64,000 nt of DNA from Gemmatimonadaceae bacterium (GCA_051859245.1 JBHYGA010000001.1:832001-896000); one strand, 5' to 3'; positions 1 through 9,622 are shown, counted from the stretch's first letter. Translations and numbers: made by a program. Notes: generated by a model not told the origin, from the letters alone.

Positions 1-1
1 G

Positions 2-409
2 CGAGGTAAAGGGCGTAAGGAACGCATTGTGCCCGTTGGCGAGCATGCGCAGCGCGCGATTCGCAATTATCTGTCGGTGCGTGACAATCTGATTGCACAC
101 CTGGGCGGTGCGCGCGGTGGCAAAGTGGATCGACACGCGCTCTTCCTCAGCGAGCGAGGTCGCCGGCTGAGTGCGCGCGCGGTGCATCACGCCGTGACTG
201 CGCTGTTGGCCGCGGTGGATGAAGGCGCCGATCTGAGCACGCATTCACTCCGGCACAGCTTCGCCACGCATCTCGTGGATGCCGGTGCGGATCTGCGCGC
301 GGTGCAGGAGTTGTTGGGCCACGCGAGCATCAGCACCACGCAGATCTACACGCATACAAGCGTGGATCGACTCAAAAAAGTGTACCGTCAGGCGCATCCA
401 CGCGCGTAG
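2..409 (+). CDS. xerC: Tyrosine recombinase XerC, C-terminal part (5' end outside window)
   Basis: [40 protein letters not shown] and terminal AHPRA motifs; lies upstream of hslVU as in the common xerC-hslVU cluster. Confidence 0.9.
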   Translation, partial: RGKGRKERIVPVGEHAQRAIRNYLSVRDNLIAHLGGARGGKVDRHALFLSERGRRLSARAVHHAVTALLAAVDEGADLSTHSLRHSFATHLVDAGADLRAVQELLGHASISTTQIYTHTSVDRLKKVYRQAHPRA

Positions 410-471
410 TGCGACGTGCCTAGTGCGACGCGCGCAGCGAGTTGCGCGACCACGCGTGATGGTGTGCTGCG

Positions 472-1386
472 CTACGGTATCACAAACACCGGCCGCTGCG
501 CGTGACGCATCAGCCAACGCGCGGTGCTGCTTAGATCACCGGGCCGACTGTGATCACCGTGCGCCGCAACGGCAATGATCGATGCGCCGCTGCGCGCTGC
601 GCGAAGCTCCAGCCCTTCGCCGGGCGTGATCGCTGGTCCTTCGAACTCAACCGCGAGCTCCGTGTTCACATCGGCGATCAGGGCTTCGTCGGCGAGCGGC
701 TGCATCGCCGCCTCCGCGTCTTCACGGAGCGCGCGCATCTCGTCTTCGTGCTGACGTCGTGACGCGGCGCCCTGAAGAAAGACGGGCAGCTCCTGGGCCA
801 CAACCTGATGTTCCACGCGCACACTCGCCTTGAGTCCGCTGGCGAGCTGCAGCACAAATCCAAAGGCCTTCGAACACGTAGTCCCAAGGTCCGTGCCAAA
901 CACAATTCGGGAGACGTTTTTGGGTAGTGCGGCGCCTGGGTTGAGCACGAGCATCGGACGACGTGACGCCTCAAGAAATCGCTCGGAGAAACTCCCCAGC
1001 AACAAGCGGTCCATGGTGCTCTGCGCGCGCGTGTGCAGCAGGCTGAACAGCACGCCCGCGTTGTCCACCGCCGTGGCCATCGCTTGCGCCTGCTGCTGGC
1101 CCGTGGGGTCGTCGCCGGCCGAAAGCACGACGGGTTCGCCCGCGCGGAGCTCGTTGGCCTCAAGCAACGCAATCAGCCGATCACGTGTGTACGAGACACG
1201 CTCCTTCGGGGCCACACTGCGGACGGCGTCGGCGTGGCTGTCCAGGCAGTACACCGGAACGATGGCCGCGCCCAGCGGTTCCGCAAACTGGCGGAGCAAT
1301 GCGGCGGCCTGTGTGTGCTGCGACTTGGGGTCGCCGTAGAGATTCACGAGCCACGCGATGCGTGGACGGCTTTGGGCTGCGGACAT
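472..1386 (-). CDS. Universal stress protein (tandem USP domains)
   Basis: LLLGSFSERFLEASRRPMLVL and STARWLMRHAQRPVFVIP USP signatures, RIVFGTDL; ATG at 1386 chosen as start. Confidence 0.8.
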   Translation of the reverse strand: MSAAQSRPRIAWLVNLYGDPKSQHTQAAALLRQFAEPLGAAIVPVYCLDSHADAVRSVAPKERVSYTRDRLIALLEANELRAGEPVVLSAGDDPTGQQQAQAMATAVDNAGVLFSLLHTRAQSTMDRLLLGSFSERFLEASRRPMLVLNPGAALPKNVSRIVFGTDLGTTCSKAFGFVLQLASGLKASVRVEHQVVAQELPVFLQGAASRRQHEDEMRALREDAEAAMQPLADEALIADVNTELAVEFEGPAITPGEGLELRAARSGASIIAVAAHGDHSRPGDLSSTARWLMRHAQRPVFVIP

Positions 1387-1541
1387 AGAGGGTCTCAGGG
1401 CCGGATGTCTGCGGTGCCAGGCGGAAAGTGCCTCGCGCAACGGAGGCGGACTCGTGCAATCTATGCCCCGGCATCGTCGCGGCACACCGCATACGTCACA
1501 TTCCACCCTTCGCCGTCGCTCGCGCATCGATATCTTACAGC

Positions 1542-2090
1542 ATGAGCATTCTGCCGCGAATCCGTGCTACCACAATTCTCGCCGTCCGTCGTGACGGGAA
1601 ACTCGCGCTCGGCGGCGACGGTCAGGTGTCCGTCGGCGATACGGTGATGAAATCACACGCCGTGAAGGTGCGTGCCCTGAAGGGCGGACGCGTGCTGGCC
1701 GGCTTTGCCGGATCGGTCGCCGACGCCCTCACGCTCTTCGAGAAGTTCGAAGAAAAGCTGGATCGTTTTCCAGGAAACCTCCCGCGTGCTGCGGTTGAGT
1801 TGGCGAAGGACTGGCGAAGCGATCGTGTGCTGCGTCGACTGGAAGCGCTCCTGATTGTCGCCGACACGCAGCACGGATTCATGCTCTCCGGCACGGGCGA
1901 AATCATTGAGCCCGACGATGGCTTGCTGGCGATCGGCTCCGGTGGTTCGTACGCGCTGTCGGCAGCGCGCGCGCTGGTTGCTGAAACGTCGTTGTCGCCG
2001 CGTGAGATTGTTGAACGCTCGCTGCGAATCGCCGGCGAGATTTGTGTGTATACCAATACGAACATCACCGTCCTCGAGCCGTCAGCCTGA
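1542..2090 (+). CDS. hslV: ATP-dependent protease peptidase subunit HslV
   Basis: [47 protein letters not shown]. Confidence 0.97.
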   Translation: MSILPRIRATTILAVRRDGKLALGGDGQVSVGDTVMKSHAVKVRALKGGRVLAGFAGSVADALTLFEKFEEKLDRFPGNLPRAAVELAKDWRSDRVLRRLEALLIVADTQHGFMLSGTGEIIEPDDGLLAIGSGGSYALSAARALVAETSLSPREIVERSLRIAGEICVYTNTNITVLEPSA

Positions 2091-2159
2091 CGCCCGTGGA
2101 TTCCACGCTGCGCCGTTTGCCGCGATGGTGGCAAACGGCGCGTTTCGCTTTGATGCCGC

Positions 2160-3647
2160 ATGCCGTCCGCACGCACTGAACAAGCGGTTGCCCGCCTCGC
2201 TGATCTGACACCGCGTCAGATCGTGTCCGAATTGGATCGTTACATCGTTGGGCAGGATGACGCGAAGAAGGCCGTCGCGATTGCCTTGCGCAATCGGTGG
2301 CGCCGTCAGCGTGCGCCTGATGCGATCCGCGAAGAAATCTCGCCCAACAATATCATTCTCATCGGTCCAACAGGCGTTGGCAAAACGGAAATCGCACGTC
2401 GACTTGCCAAGCTGGCCGCCGCGCCGTTTGTCAAAGTTGAGGCGAGCAAGTTCACCGAAGTTGGCTACGTGGGGCGCGACGTGGAATCCATGGTGCGCGA
2501 TCTCGTGGAGAGCGCGATCGACATGGTGCGCTCGGAACGCGAGAGCGAGGTGGAGGACTTGGCCAATGAGCGTGTGGACGAGCGCCTGCTCGATCTGTTG
2601 CTGCCGCCTCCGCCCGACATCAAGGCGCGTCAGTCTGCTGAAGACGCCACCCCGGCCGCCAAGGAACCGGAGAGCGCGCCGCCCGTGGTCGACGGTGGTG
2701 TGTTTACCGTGTCGGCCACTGGTGCTGTCACGCACGCCGCTGAAGACGATGCCGCGCATGATCGCTACAAGCGCACGCGCGACAAGTTGCGCGCGCTGCT
2801 GATTGACGGTCAGCTCGACGCGCGGGAAGTGGAGATCGAAGTGTTGCAGCCCGGTCCTGCCATGCCGGGCCAGATGGCGGGAGGCGCACCAGACGGGATG
2901 GAAGGCATCTCTGACTGGCTGCGTGAAATGATGCCCAAGCGCAAGAAGAAGCGCTCGGTCAAACTGATCGAAGCGCGTCGCATTCTGCTCGATGAAGAGA
3001 TCGACAAACTCATTGATCATGACGATGTTACGAGCGACGCTCTCGAGCGCGTGGAAAAACTCGGCATCATTTTCCTCGATGAGATCGACAAGATCGCGGG
3101 CGAACGTGGGCCCGGCGGTGGCCCCGATGTGTCGCGCGAAGGCGTGCAGCGCGATCTGCTGCCAATCGTTGAAGGTTCGAATGTGAGCACTCGCTATGGC
3201 ATGGTGAAAACTGATCACGTGCTGTTCATCGCAGCGGGTGCGTTTCACGTGTCAAAGCCGAGCGATCTCATTCCCGAATTGCAGGGCCGCTTTCCCATTC
3301 GTGTGGAGCTCAAGCCGCTCACCGAAGCGGACTTCGTGCGCATTCTCACCGATCCCGAGCACGCGCTCACCAAGCAGTACGCGGCGCTTGTGGAAGCAGA
3401 AGGCGTGGGACTGGATTTCACCGAAGACGGAATCCGCGAAATCGCGCGCATCGCAACGCTGGTCAACGAGCGTATGGAAAACATTGGTGCGCGCCGCCTG
3501 CACACCGTGATGACCACGCTGCTGGAAGATGTCCTCTACGAGCTGCCGGATCGTGGGAAAGAGCGCATCACGGTGAACGCCGATTTGGTTGTGTCGCGCC
3601 TCAAGGCCATTGTAGAAGACGAAGACCTGCGCAAGTACATTCTCTGA
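2160..3647 (+). CDS. hslU: ATP-dependent protease ATPase subunit HslU
   Basis: [54 protein letters not shown]. Confidence 0.98.
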   Translation: MPSARTEQAVARLADLTPRQIVSELDRYIVGQDDAKKAVAIALRNRWRRQRAPDAIREEISPNNIILIGPTGVGKTEIARRLAKLAAAPFVKVEASKFTEVGYVGRDVESMVRDLVESAIDMVRSERESEVEDLANERVDERLLDLLLPPPPDIKARQSAEDATPAAKEPESAPPVVDGGVFTVSATGAVTHAAEDDAAHDRYKRTRDKLRALLIDGQLDAREVEIEVLQPGPAMPGQMAGGAPDGMEGISDWLREMMPKRKKKRSVKLIEARRILLDEEIDKLIDHDDVTSDALERVEKLGIIFLDEIDKIAGERGPGGGPDVSREGVQRDLLPIVEGSNVSTRYGMVKTDHVLFIAAGAFHVSKPSDLIPELQGRFPIRVELKPLTEADFVRILTDPEHALTKQYAALVEAEGVGLDFTEDGIREIARIATLVNERMENIGARRLHTVMTTLLEDVLYELPDRGKERITVNADLVVSRLKAIVEDEDLRKYIL

Positions 3648-3693
3648 TTCCGATCGCTGTCCGTTTCGCTGGTTTCACGCACCGCACCCCGAG

Positions 3694-4617
3694 ATGACTG
3701 CTCCGCATCGTGACTTCCTGAACATTCGCGACTTCTCGCGCGACGAACTGCCGCTGCTTTTCTCGCTTGCTGAACGCATGCGGTCGGGCGAGTACACGGC
3801 GCGTCCGCTCACGGGAAAGGCACTGGCCATGATTTTCATGAAGGCCAGCACACGAACGCGTGTGTCCTTCGAGGTGGGCGCCGCGCAGTTGGGTGGCACC
3901 GCGCACTTTCTGTCGCCGCGCGACGTGCAGCTGGGCCGAGGTGAACCGGTGCCAGATACCGCGCGGGTGCTCGCGCGGTACGTGCAAGGCATCATGATCC
4001 GTACCTTCGCACACGCCGATATCGAGCTGCTCGCGGCTACGGGTGACGTTCCGGTGATTAACGGCCTCACGGATCTTTCGCATCCGTGTCAGGTGCTCGC
4101 CGACGTGCTCACCGTACGTCAGCATCTTGGCAGCTACGAGAATGCGCCAGTGGCGTGGATTGGCGACGGTAACAACATGGCCAACTCCTGGATCGAAGCC
4201 GCGGCATTGCTCGGCTTTCCGTTGCGTCTCGCGTGCCCGGAAGGCTACGATCCCGACGCCGGTTTTCTCGCCTACGCCAAAGACGCTGGTGCAGATGTGC
4301 AACTCCTGCGTGATCCGCGCGAAGCGGTTGTTGGCGCGCGTGTGATCACCACCGATGTGTGGGCCAGCATGGGGCAGGAAGTGGAACAAGCCGAACGCGT
4401 CGTGGCGTTTTCTGATTATCAGGTGAATGCCGATCTCATGTCACGTGCCGAACGCGACGCGATCTTTCTGCATTGTCTGCCCGCGCATCGTGGCGAGGAA
4501 GTGTCGGCCGACGTGATCGACGGCCCACAGAGTCGTGTCTGGGATGAAGCCGAGAACCGGCTGCACATTCAGAAGGCGATCATGGCGGTGCTGATGGGCG
4601 GCGAGACGCTTCGCTGA
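3694..4617 (+). CDS. argF: Ornithine carbamoyltransferase
   Basis: STRTRVSFE, HPCQVLAD, WIGDGNN, DVWASMG, FLHCLPAHRGEEV. Confidence 0.97.
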   Translation: MTAPHRDFLNIRDFSRDELPLLFSLAERMRSGEYTARPLTGKALAMIFMKASTRTRVSFEVGAAQLGGTAHFLSPRDVQLGRGEPVPDTARVLARYVQGIMIRTFAHADIELLAATGDVPVINGLTDLSHPCQVLADVLTVRQHLGSYENAPVAWIGDGNNMANSWIEAAALLGFPLRLACPEGYDPDAGFLAYAKDAGADVQLLRDPREAVVGARVITTDVWASMGQEVEQAERVVAFSDYQVNADLMSRAERDAIFLHCLPAHRGEEVSADVIDGPQSRVWDEAENRLHIQKAIMAVLMGGETLR

Positions 4618-4656
4618 TTCTGCGTCACTACGCGCTCGCGTTTCTCTTTCCCGTTC

Positions 4657-5124
4657 ATGAACATGCCGACAACAGGAACACTCGCTCCCGATTTTACGCT
4701 GCCGACTGACACCGGCGAACTGCTCACGCTCTCATCGCTGCGTGGTCAGCCCGTGGTGCTGTACTTCTATCCGAAAGACGATACGTCGGGCTGCACCGCG
4801 GAGGCGTGTGAGTTTCGCGACCTGATGCCGCGCTTCGACGGCGTGAATGCCGTTGTGCTCGGCGTGTCACCCGATTCCGTCAAATCGCACCAGAAGTTCA
4901 AGGCAAAATACGAACTGCCGTTCACGCTGATCTCCGACACGGAGAAAGTGGCGTGTGAGGCGTACGGTGTGTGGAAGGAGAAATCCATGTACGGTCGTAA
5001 GTACACGGGCGTAGAACGCACCACGTTCATCATCGATGCCAAGGGGCGGATCGCGCAGGTGTTTGAGAAGGTGAAGACCACCGGGCACGCCGCAATTGTG
5101 ATGGAGGCGGTGGCCGCACTCTAA
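4657..5124 (+). CDS. bcp: Thioredoxin-dependent peroxiredoxin (BCP/PrxQ)
   Basis: VLYFYPKDDTSGCTAEAC, ERTTFIID. Confidence 0.95.
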   Translation: MNMPTTGTLAPDFTLPTDTGELLTLSSLRGQPVVLYFYPKDDTSGCTAEACEFRDLMPRFDGVNAVVLGVSPDSVKSHQKFKAKYELPFTLISDTEKVACEAYGVWKEKSMYGRKYTGVERTTFIIDAKGRIAQVFEKVKTTGHAAIVMEAVAAL

Positions 5125-5427
5125 CGAGTGCCTGGCACTCGAGTGCGATCCACCGCCTCCGGCCGGTAGCAGGTTGCGTACCGGTCATCGGGCACCTCAC
5201 ATGGGGTGTCCTGCGGGACCGCGAATCAGTCCATCGCGACCCTGACGCATTATTCACCCAGTCGTTGGCGCGCGCAGTAGGGGCGAAGACTACGTACGCC
5301 CCGCTTTTGCGCGTGAATCCCCACAGCAGCGCTCGCCGTAGGAATCACAGCCCCTGCCACGCTGGCACTCGTCTGCCGTAATGGGCATTTTACGGAAGTT
5401 CATTTCTCTGACTTCCTCTCTGCGACC

Positions 5428-6531
5428 ATGACCGATACGCTGACGCTCCGCCGCACTTCGCTTTTCGACGCCCACGTCTCACTTGGCGCGCGCATCGTGC
5501 CGTTTGCTGGATGGGAGATGCCCGTGCAGTACCCGGCCGGTATTTCTGCCGAGCACAAAGCCGTGCGTGAAGCGTGCGGATTGTTTGATGTGAGTCATAT
5601 GGGTGAGGTGATTGTGAGTGGTCCCGACGCGATGGCGTTCGTGAATCACGTCACCAGCAACGATGTGGCGGCGCTCGCTGTGGGCCAGATCCAGTACAGC
5701 ACCTTGCTGACCGAGCGCGGCACGATCGTTGATGATCTGCTCGTGTATCGATATCCCGATCATCTGTTTCTGGTGATCAACGCCGGCAATCGCGATGCGG
5801 ATATCGCGCATTTGCGCGCGCACATTGGCGCGTTCGATTGCACCATGGAAGACGTGTCGGATTCGTACGCACTGCTGGCGGTGCAGGGGCCCAATGCGCC
5901 GGCGATCGTGCAGCGTTTCACGAGCACACCACTCGGTGAGATGAAGTACTACCGGTTTGCCGACGGCGAAGTGGCCGGCGTGCCGGCGATTATTTCGCGC
6001 ACGGGTTACACCGGTGAGTTGGGTTTTGAACTCTACGTGCCGTGGGAGCAGGCGCGCACTGTGTGGGATGCGCTGATGGCCACGGGCGAGGTCACGCCGT
6101 GCGGACTTGGCGCGCGCGATACGCTGCGTCTTGAAGCCGGCATGGCGTTGTACGGCCATGAACTCAACATTGACACCACACCACTCGAAGCCGGACTCGC
6201 GTGGCTGGTGAAGCTCGGCAAGACCGATTTTCTCGGCAAGGATGTGCTCGTGCATCAGCACACCGATGGGTTGGATCGCAAGCTTGTTGGCTTCACGTTT
6301 GACGAGCGCGCGATTCCGCGCAGCGGGATGCCGGTGTGGTACGGCGACCTCCCGTCAGGCACTGTGTGCAGTGGCACCATGAGTCCCACGCTTGGGATGC
6401 CGATTGGCACCTGTTATTTGCCGGCCGCCGCTGCGGTTGAAGGAACCGTGTTTGCGGTGGACATTCGCGGCAAGCATGTACCGGCGCGCGTGGTGCCACT
6501 GCCATTCTACAAGCGGGCGGGCAAGGCGTGA
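5428..6531 (+). CDS. gcvT: Glycine cleavage system aminomethyltransferase T
   Basis: [44 protein letters not shown]. Confidence 0.97.
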   Translation: MTDTLTLRRTSLFDAHVSLGARIVPFAGWEMPVQYPAGISAEHKAVREACGLFDVSHMGEVIVSGPDAMAFVNHVTSNDVAALAVGQIQYSTLLTERGTIVDDLLVYRYPDHLFLVINAGNRDADIAHLRAHIGAFDCTMEDVSDSYALLAVQGPNAPAIVQRFTSTPLGEMKYYRFADGEVAGVPAIISRTGYTGELGFELYVPWEQARTVWDALMATGEVTPCGLGARDTLRLEAGMALYGHELNIDTTPLEAGLAWLVKLGKTDFLGKDVLVHQHTDGLDRKLVGFTFDERAIPRSGMPVWYGDLPSGTVCSGTMSPTLGMPIGTCYLPAAAAVEGTVFAVDIRGKHVPARVVPLPFYKRAGKA

Positions 6532-8174
6532 GTCGAAGTACCTCGCGTGCGTCGCGCGTAACAGGCGACGGCGTTCCCCTGGGCAGTGTGGCCATTCTGC
6601 TCACCGACGTGGAACCGGCGGTGCGTTTGAACGCCGTGCTCGAAGCACGCGGTGTGCAGGTCACGCTCATCTCGCCACTCGATGATGTGCGCGGCACGCT
6701 GCGTCGCGCGCGTCCCTCGGTGCTGGTGCTCACCGGTGCATTGCTTGACGGTGCGAACGTGGCCCTGGTGCAGGAACAGCTGTGGCACGACGTGAGTGTC
6801 ATGGGACTCACCGATGCGGTCAACGACGAGTTGCTCGACAAGTTGCGCGCGGTGGGCTACGCCGAGCTTGTGTCGAAGCCCGTGGTGGTGGAGGAGCTGG
6901 CCGACAGTGTGCAGCGCCGCCTGGAGCGTCGTGCACTGGCCGATGTCACCGGTCTGGTGGGAGAATCGGAAGCGATTCGCGAAGTGCTCGTGAAAATCGA
7001 ACAGATCGCGCCGGTCACGAGCACCGTGCTCATTGAAGGTGAGAGCGGCACGGGCAAGGAACTCGTGGCGCGTGCGATCCACCGGTTGGGTTCACGTCGC
7101 AGCAAGCCGTTCATTGCGGTGAATGTTGGTGCGTTGCCGGAAACGCTGCTGGAGAGTGAACTCTTTGGCCACGAGAAGGGCTCGTTCACAGGTGCGGCCG
7201 AACGTCGGCTGGGTCGTTTTGAGCTGGCTGACACCGGCACGTTGTTTCTTGATGAGATCGGCGAAGTGCCGAGCAGCACGCAGGTGAAGTTGTTGCGCGT
7301 GCTCGAAGAGCGAGAGGTCACGCGTGTTGGAGGTGGACAGCCGATTGCGGTAGACGTGCGTGTAGTAGCGGCTACGAATCGTCCGCTGCGTGAGCACGTG
7401 GAGGAAGGCGCGTTTCGCGCGGACCTGTACTATCGCTTGAACGTGCTGCGCATTTATCTGCCGCCGCTGCGCGAGCGTCGTGAGGACATTCCGGTGCTGG
7501 TGCGCCGGTTCGTGCGCGAGTTCAGCGCGCTGCACGATCGTCCGTTTCACGGCATCTCGGGCGACGCGCTGGCGCTGCTGGTTTCGTATCCGTGGCCGGG
7601 CAATGTGCGTGAGCTGCGCAACCTTGTGGAGAGCATGGTCGTGCTGGCGCCGGGGCACGAAATCGGCGCGGATGACATTCCGCGGGCGATTCGTGACGCG
7701 GGTGGTCGGCGACTGTTACCGGTGCCCGTTGGCCCTGTGGTGCGCGAGGGTGAACGTGCGCAGGGGCGCGAGCTGGAGTTCATTGTGCGCTCGCTTGTGG
7801 AGCTGAAGTTACAGGTCGAGGAACTTCGTCGTCGAATGGATGTCGAGGTGCGCTCTCCCAGTGTGGGTTGGATGGGCGAAGTGCATCCGGTCGCAGGGCT
7901 GGCTGCGTCTCCGGTAGGTGACGTGTGGGTGGGAAGTGGGGTGATGGGCGGAATTCCGCCGCGTGACCAGGCAACGCCACCGAGCAGCATTTCGGTTGGT
8001 CCGGAAACCACGATGGCGGAAATCGAGCGTCAGGCGATCGAGGCCATGTTGCGTCAAACGGGTGGAAACCGCCGAAAGGCGGCAGATTTGCTCGGGATTG
8101 GGGAGCGGACGCTGTATCGAAAACTCCGGGAATATCAGGGAGACGGCATTCCGCCGGATCTCGACGTCACGTGA
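6528..8174 (+). CDS. Sigma-54-dependent enhancer-binding protein with degenerate receiver domain and Fis-type HTH
   Basis: GESGTGKE, ESELFGHEKGSFTGA, LFLDEIGE, WPGNVRELRN, NRRKAADLLGIGERTLYRKL; GTG start overlaps the gcvT stop. Confidence 0.93.
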   Translation: MSRSTSRASRVTGDGVPLGSVAILLTDVEPAVRLNAVLEARGVQVTLISPLDDVRGTLRRARPSVLVLTGALLDGANVALVQEQLWHDVSVMGLTDAVNDELLDKLRAVGYAELVSKPVVVEELADSVQRRLERRALADVTGLVGESEAIREVLVKIEQIAPVTSTVLIEGESGTGKELVARAIHRLGSRRSKPFIAVNVGALPETLLESELFGHEKGSFTGAAERRLGRFELADTGTLFLDEIGEVPSSTQVKLLRVLEEREVTRVGGGQPIAVDVRVVAATNRPLREHVEEGAFRADLYYRLNVLRIYLPPLRERREDIPVLVRRFVREFSALHDRPFHGISGDALALLVSYPWPGNVRELRNLVESMVVLAPGHEIGADDIPRAIRDAGGRRLLPVPVGPVVREGERAQGRELEFIVRSLVELKLQVEELRRRMDVEVRSPSVGWMGEVHPVAGLAASPVGDVWVGSGVMGGIPPRDQATPPSSISVGPETTMAEIERQAIEAMLRQTGGNRRKAADLLGIGERTLYRKLREYQGDGIPPDLDVT

Positions 8175-8350
8175 GGTTTGGGGGGATACGTCCATGTGTT
8201 ACAAGATCTTGGACGATTCCCACTATTGCTCAAACGTGACTTTCCCCACATATTGGCCCCGTCGTCAAGCGACCCCTGCTGTTTCGCAGATGGTCGTGCC
8301 GGCGGGATTCTTCCTTCGTTCGATATTCGGGGAGCAGACCGCAGGCTTAT

Positions 8351-9352
8351 GTGGACCGCACTCCGGAGACCGATCTGTCCATTCCAGCGAATCTGGGCCT
8401 TCCCTTGACGTCGAGCGGCAATCCCAGCCTTGGGCAGTCGGGCACGATCGCGGGCAGTGTATTGCCGCTTCGTCGGGCAGAGGAGTTGATCGTCACGTTA
8501 CCGGGGGTCCTGAGTGTACGGATCGTGCCGAACGAGACGGGAGCGATCGACGAAGTCCACGTGCTGACCACAGATGCGGTTCCCCCAAAGAACACCGTTC
8601 GCAATATCGAAAGCGCGCTGATGGCGCAGCTCGGGTTGCGGGTGAATCATCGAAAGATTTCGGTCGCGACCACGCTGGACGCGCCTCGGGCGTCGGATCA
8701 GGCGTCGGAGCGGGTGGTCGAACGTTCGGCCGACCGAGTGGCCTCGCGTCAGCCCGAGACCACGTATATGCCGCCTGGCAGCGCGCCGCTGGCGGGAGCG
8801 CCGCTGGCAGGGGCGCCGCTGGCGAGTGCGCCGGTTGGCAGCTCGCCGATGGGCGATGCGCCTCTGCGAGAAGCCCCGGCCATGCGCAACGCACCGATGC
8901 GCGCCGGTTCTCGGCTGTCGGAAGCGACGCAGGCGTTAGCTGCCGCCGAAGGGCGCCGGGTGCTGATCTTCGAGGATGTGGAAGTTCGCCGGTCGCGTTC
9001 CAAGGGTGTGCTGTGCCGCGTGACGCTGAGCCGCGAGCAGTCGCACTACGTGGGCGAGTCGGAAGGACAGGAATCAGAGCGCAGCCGGGTGGAGTTGGCG
9101 GCGCGTGCGGCATTGTCAGCGATTTCACAGGCGGCCTCGGCCTCCGCGGGCGGGGAGCGCTCGGTGGCGCTCGAGGGGGCCAAGCTGATGGACGCGTTCG
9201 ACCGCGAGTTTGTGTTTGTGAGTGTGACCGCTCGCATCGGTCGCGAAATGGTGGTGCTGACCGGGAGCTGCGAGGTACGCGAGAGCGCCGAAACATCGGC
9301 GGTGCTGGCCGTACTGGACGCGACGAATCGTTGGCTGCATTTGGAGCGCTGA
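8351..9352 (+). CDS. Hypothetical two-domain protein with low-complexity linker; C-terminal domain resembles the LeuA-type regulatory (allosteric) fold
   Basis: Coding-like ORF with ordered N-domain (LPGVLSVRIV..IDEVHVLT..VRNIESAL..RKISVA) and C-domain ending TGSCEVRESAETSAVLAVLDATNR; start uncertain. Confidence 0.75.
   Translation: MDRTPETDLSIPANLGLPLTSSGNPSLGQSGTIAGSVLPLRRAEELIVTLPGVLSVRIVPNETGAIDEVHVLTTDAVPPKNTVRNIESALMAQLGLRVNHRKISVATTLDAPRASDQASERVVERSADRVASRQPETTYMPPGSAPLAGAPLAGAPLASAPVGSSPMGDAPLREAPAMRNAPMRAGSRLSEATQALAAAEGRRVLIFEDVEVRRSRSKGVLCRVTLSREQSHYVGESEGQESERSRVELAARAALSAISQAASASAGGERSVALEGAKLMDAFDREFVFVSVTARIGREMVVLTGSCEVRESAETSAVLAVLDATNRWLHLER
8783..8872 (+). repeat. Degenerate 15-bp tandem repeat (about 6 units) encoding APLAG/APLAS/APVGS/SPMGD/APLRE pentapeptides
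   Basis: gcgccgctggcggga gcgccgctggcaggg gcgccgctggcgagt gcgccggttggcagc tcgccgatgggcgat gcgcctctgcgagaa. Confidence 0.8.
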
Positions 9353-9381
9353 TCAGGGACTCGTCTCGTGATCAGCTTTTT
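9348..9381 (+). terminator. Intrinsic terminator overlapping the stop codon of the hypothetical gene
   Basis: GCTGATCA-GGGACTCGTCTCG-TGATCAGC followed by TTTTT. Confidence 0.75.
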
Positions 9382-9430
9382 ATTCCTTCCTTCCCATTTG
9401 TCTAACGACAACCTCAAAAACGTCCCCCGT

Positions 9431-9522
9431 CGCCCAGTAGAGCGGAGCTGAGCGGGCAGGCCATCAGGTAGTTGAGCGGAGCCAACCTAGCACCAGCATG
9501 CGGAGACCATCGGTCCTGCGTG
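9431..9522 (+). ncRNA. Candidate structured leader RNA with two GAGCGGAGC-loop hairpins and a third hairpin
   Basis: CGCCCAG/CTGAGCG stem (one mismatch) around 9438-9447; TAGTTG/CAACCTA stem around AGCGGAGC; CATGCGG-A-GACC-ATC-GGTC-CTGCGTG hairpin; GAGCGGAGC at 9440-9448 and 9474-9482. Confidence 0.5.
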
Positions 9523-9550
9523 ACTACGCATACAGGGAGGTGACGTTGCA

Positions 9551-9622
9551 ATGGAATTCATGGCCCAGCTCGTGAGTGCTATGTGGTCGTTCGTTTTGGC
9601 CGACGCGAAGACCTGGTCTTGA
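9551..9622 (+). CDS. Unannotated 23-aa hydrophobic peptide MEFMAQLVSAMWSFVLADAKTWS
   Basis: ATG preceded by AGGGAGGTGA (9534-9543), a very strong SD in a window where many genes lack one; below the ORF-track length cut-off; directly upstream of the HD-GYP gene. Confidence 0.7.
   Translation: MEFMAQLVSAMWSFVLADAKTWS

Noticed and set aside
2..409. Tyrosine recombinase as a prophage or island integrase
   Set aside because: The AHPRA ending and position beside hslVU indicate housekeeping XerC; no phage genes or att-like tRNA nearby.
5133..5378. Two TGGCAC..TGC sigma-54-like motifs (near 5133 and 5363)
   Set aside because: GG-to-GC spacing is 9 nt instead of the required 10.
5125..5427. Glycine riboswitch upstream of gcvT
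   Set aside because: The conserved aptamer motifs (GGAGA..CCGAAG..CTCAGG) are not visible.
8175..8350. Sigma-54 promoter for the hypothetical gene downstream of the activator
   Set aside because: I found no TGGC-type element with GG-N10-GC spacing.
7963..9405. 480-aa alternative-frame ORF
   Set aside because: Arg/Gly-rich shadow frame overlapping better-supported genes in GC-rich DNA.
9431..9490. Canonical ANTAR target or CRISPR mini-array
   Set aside because: The loops are not closed hexaloops, the repeats are only 9 nt, and there are no cas or ANTAR genes in the window.
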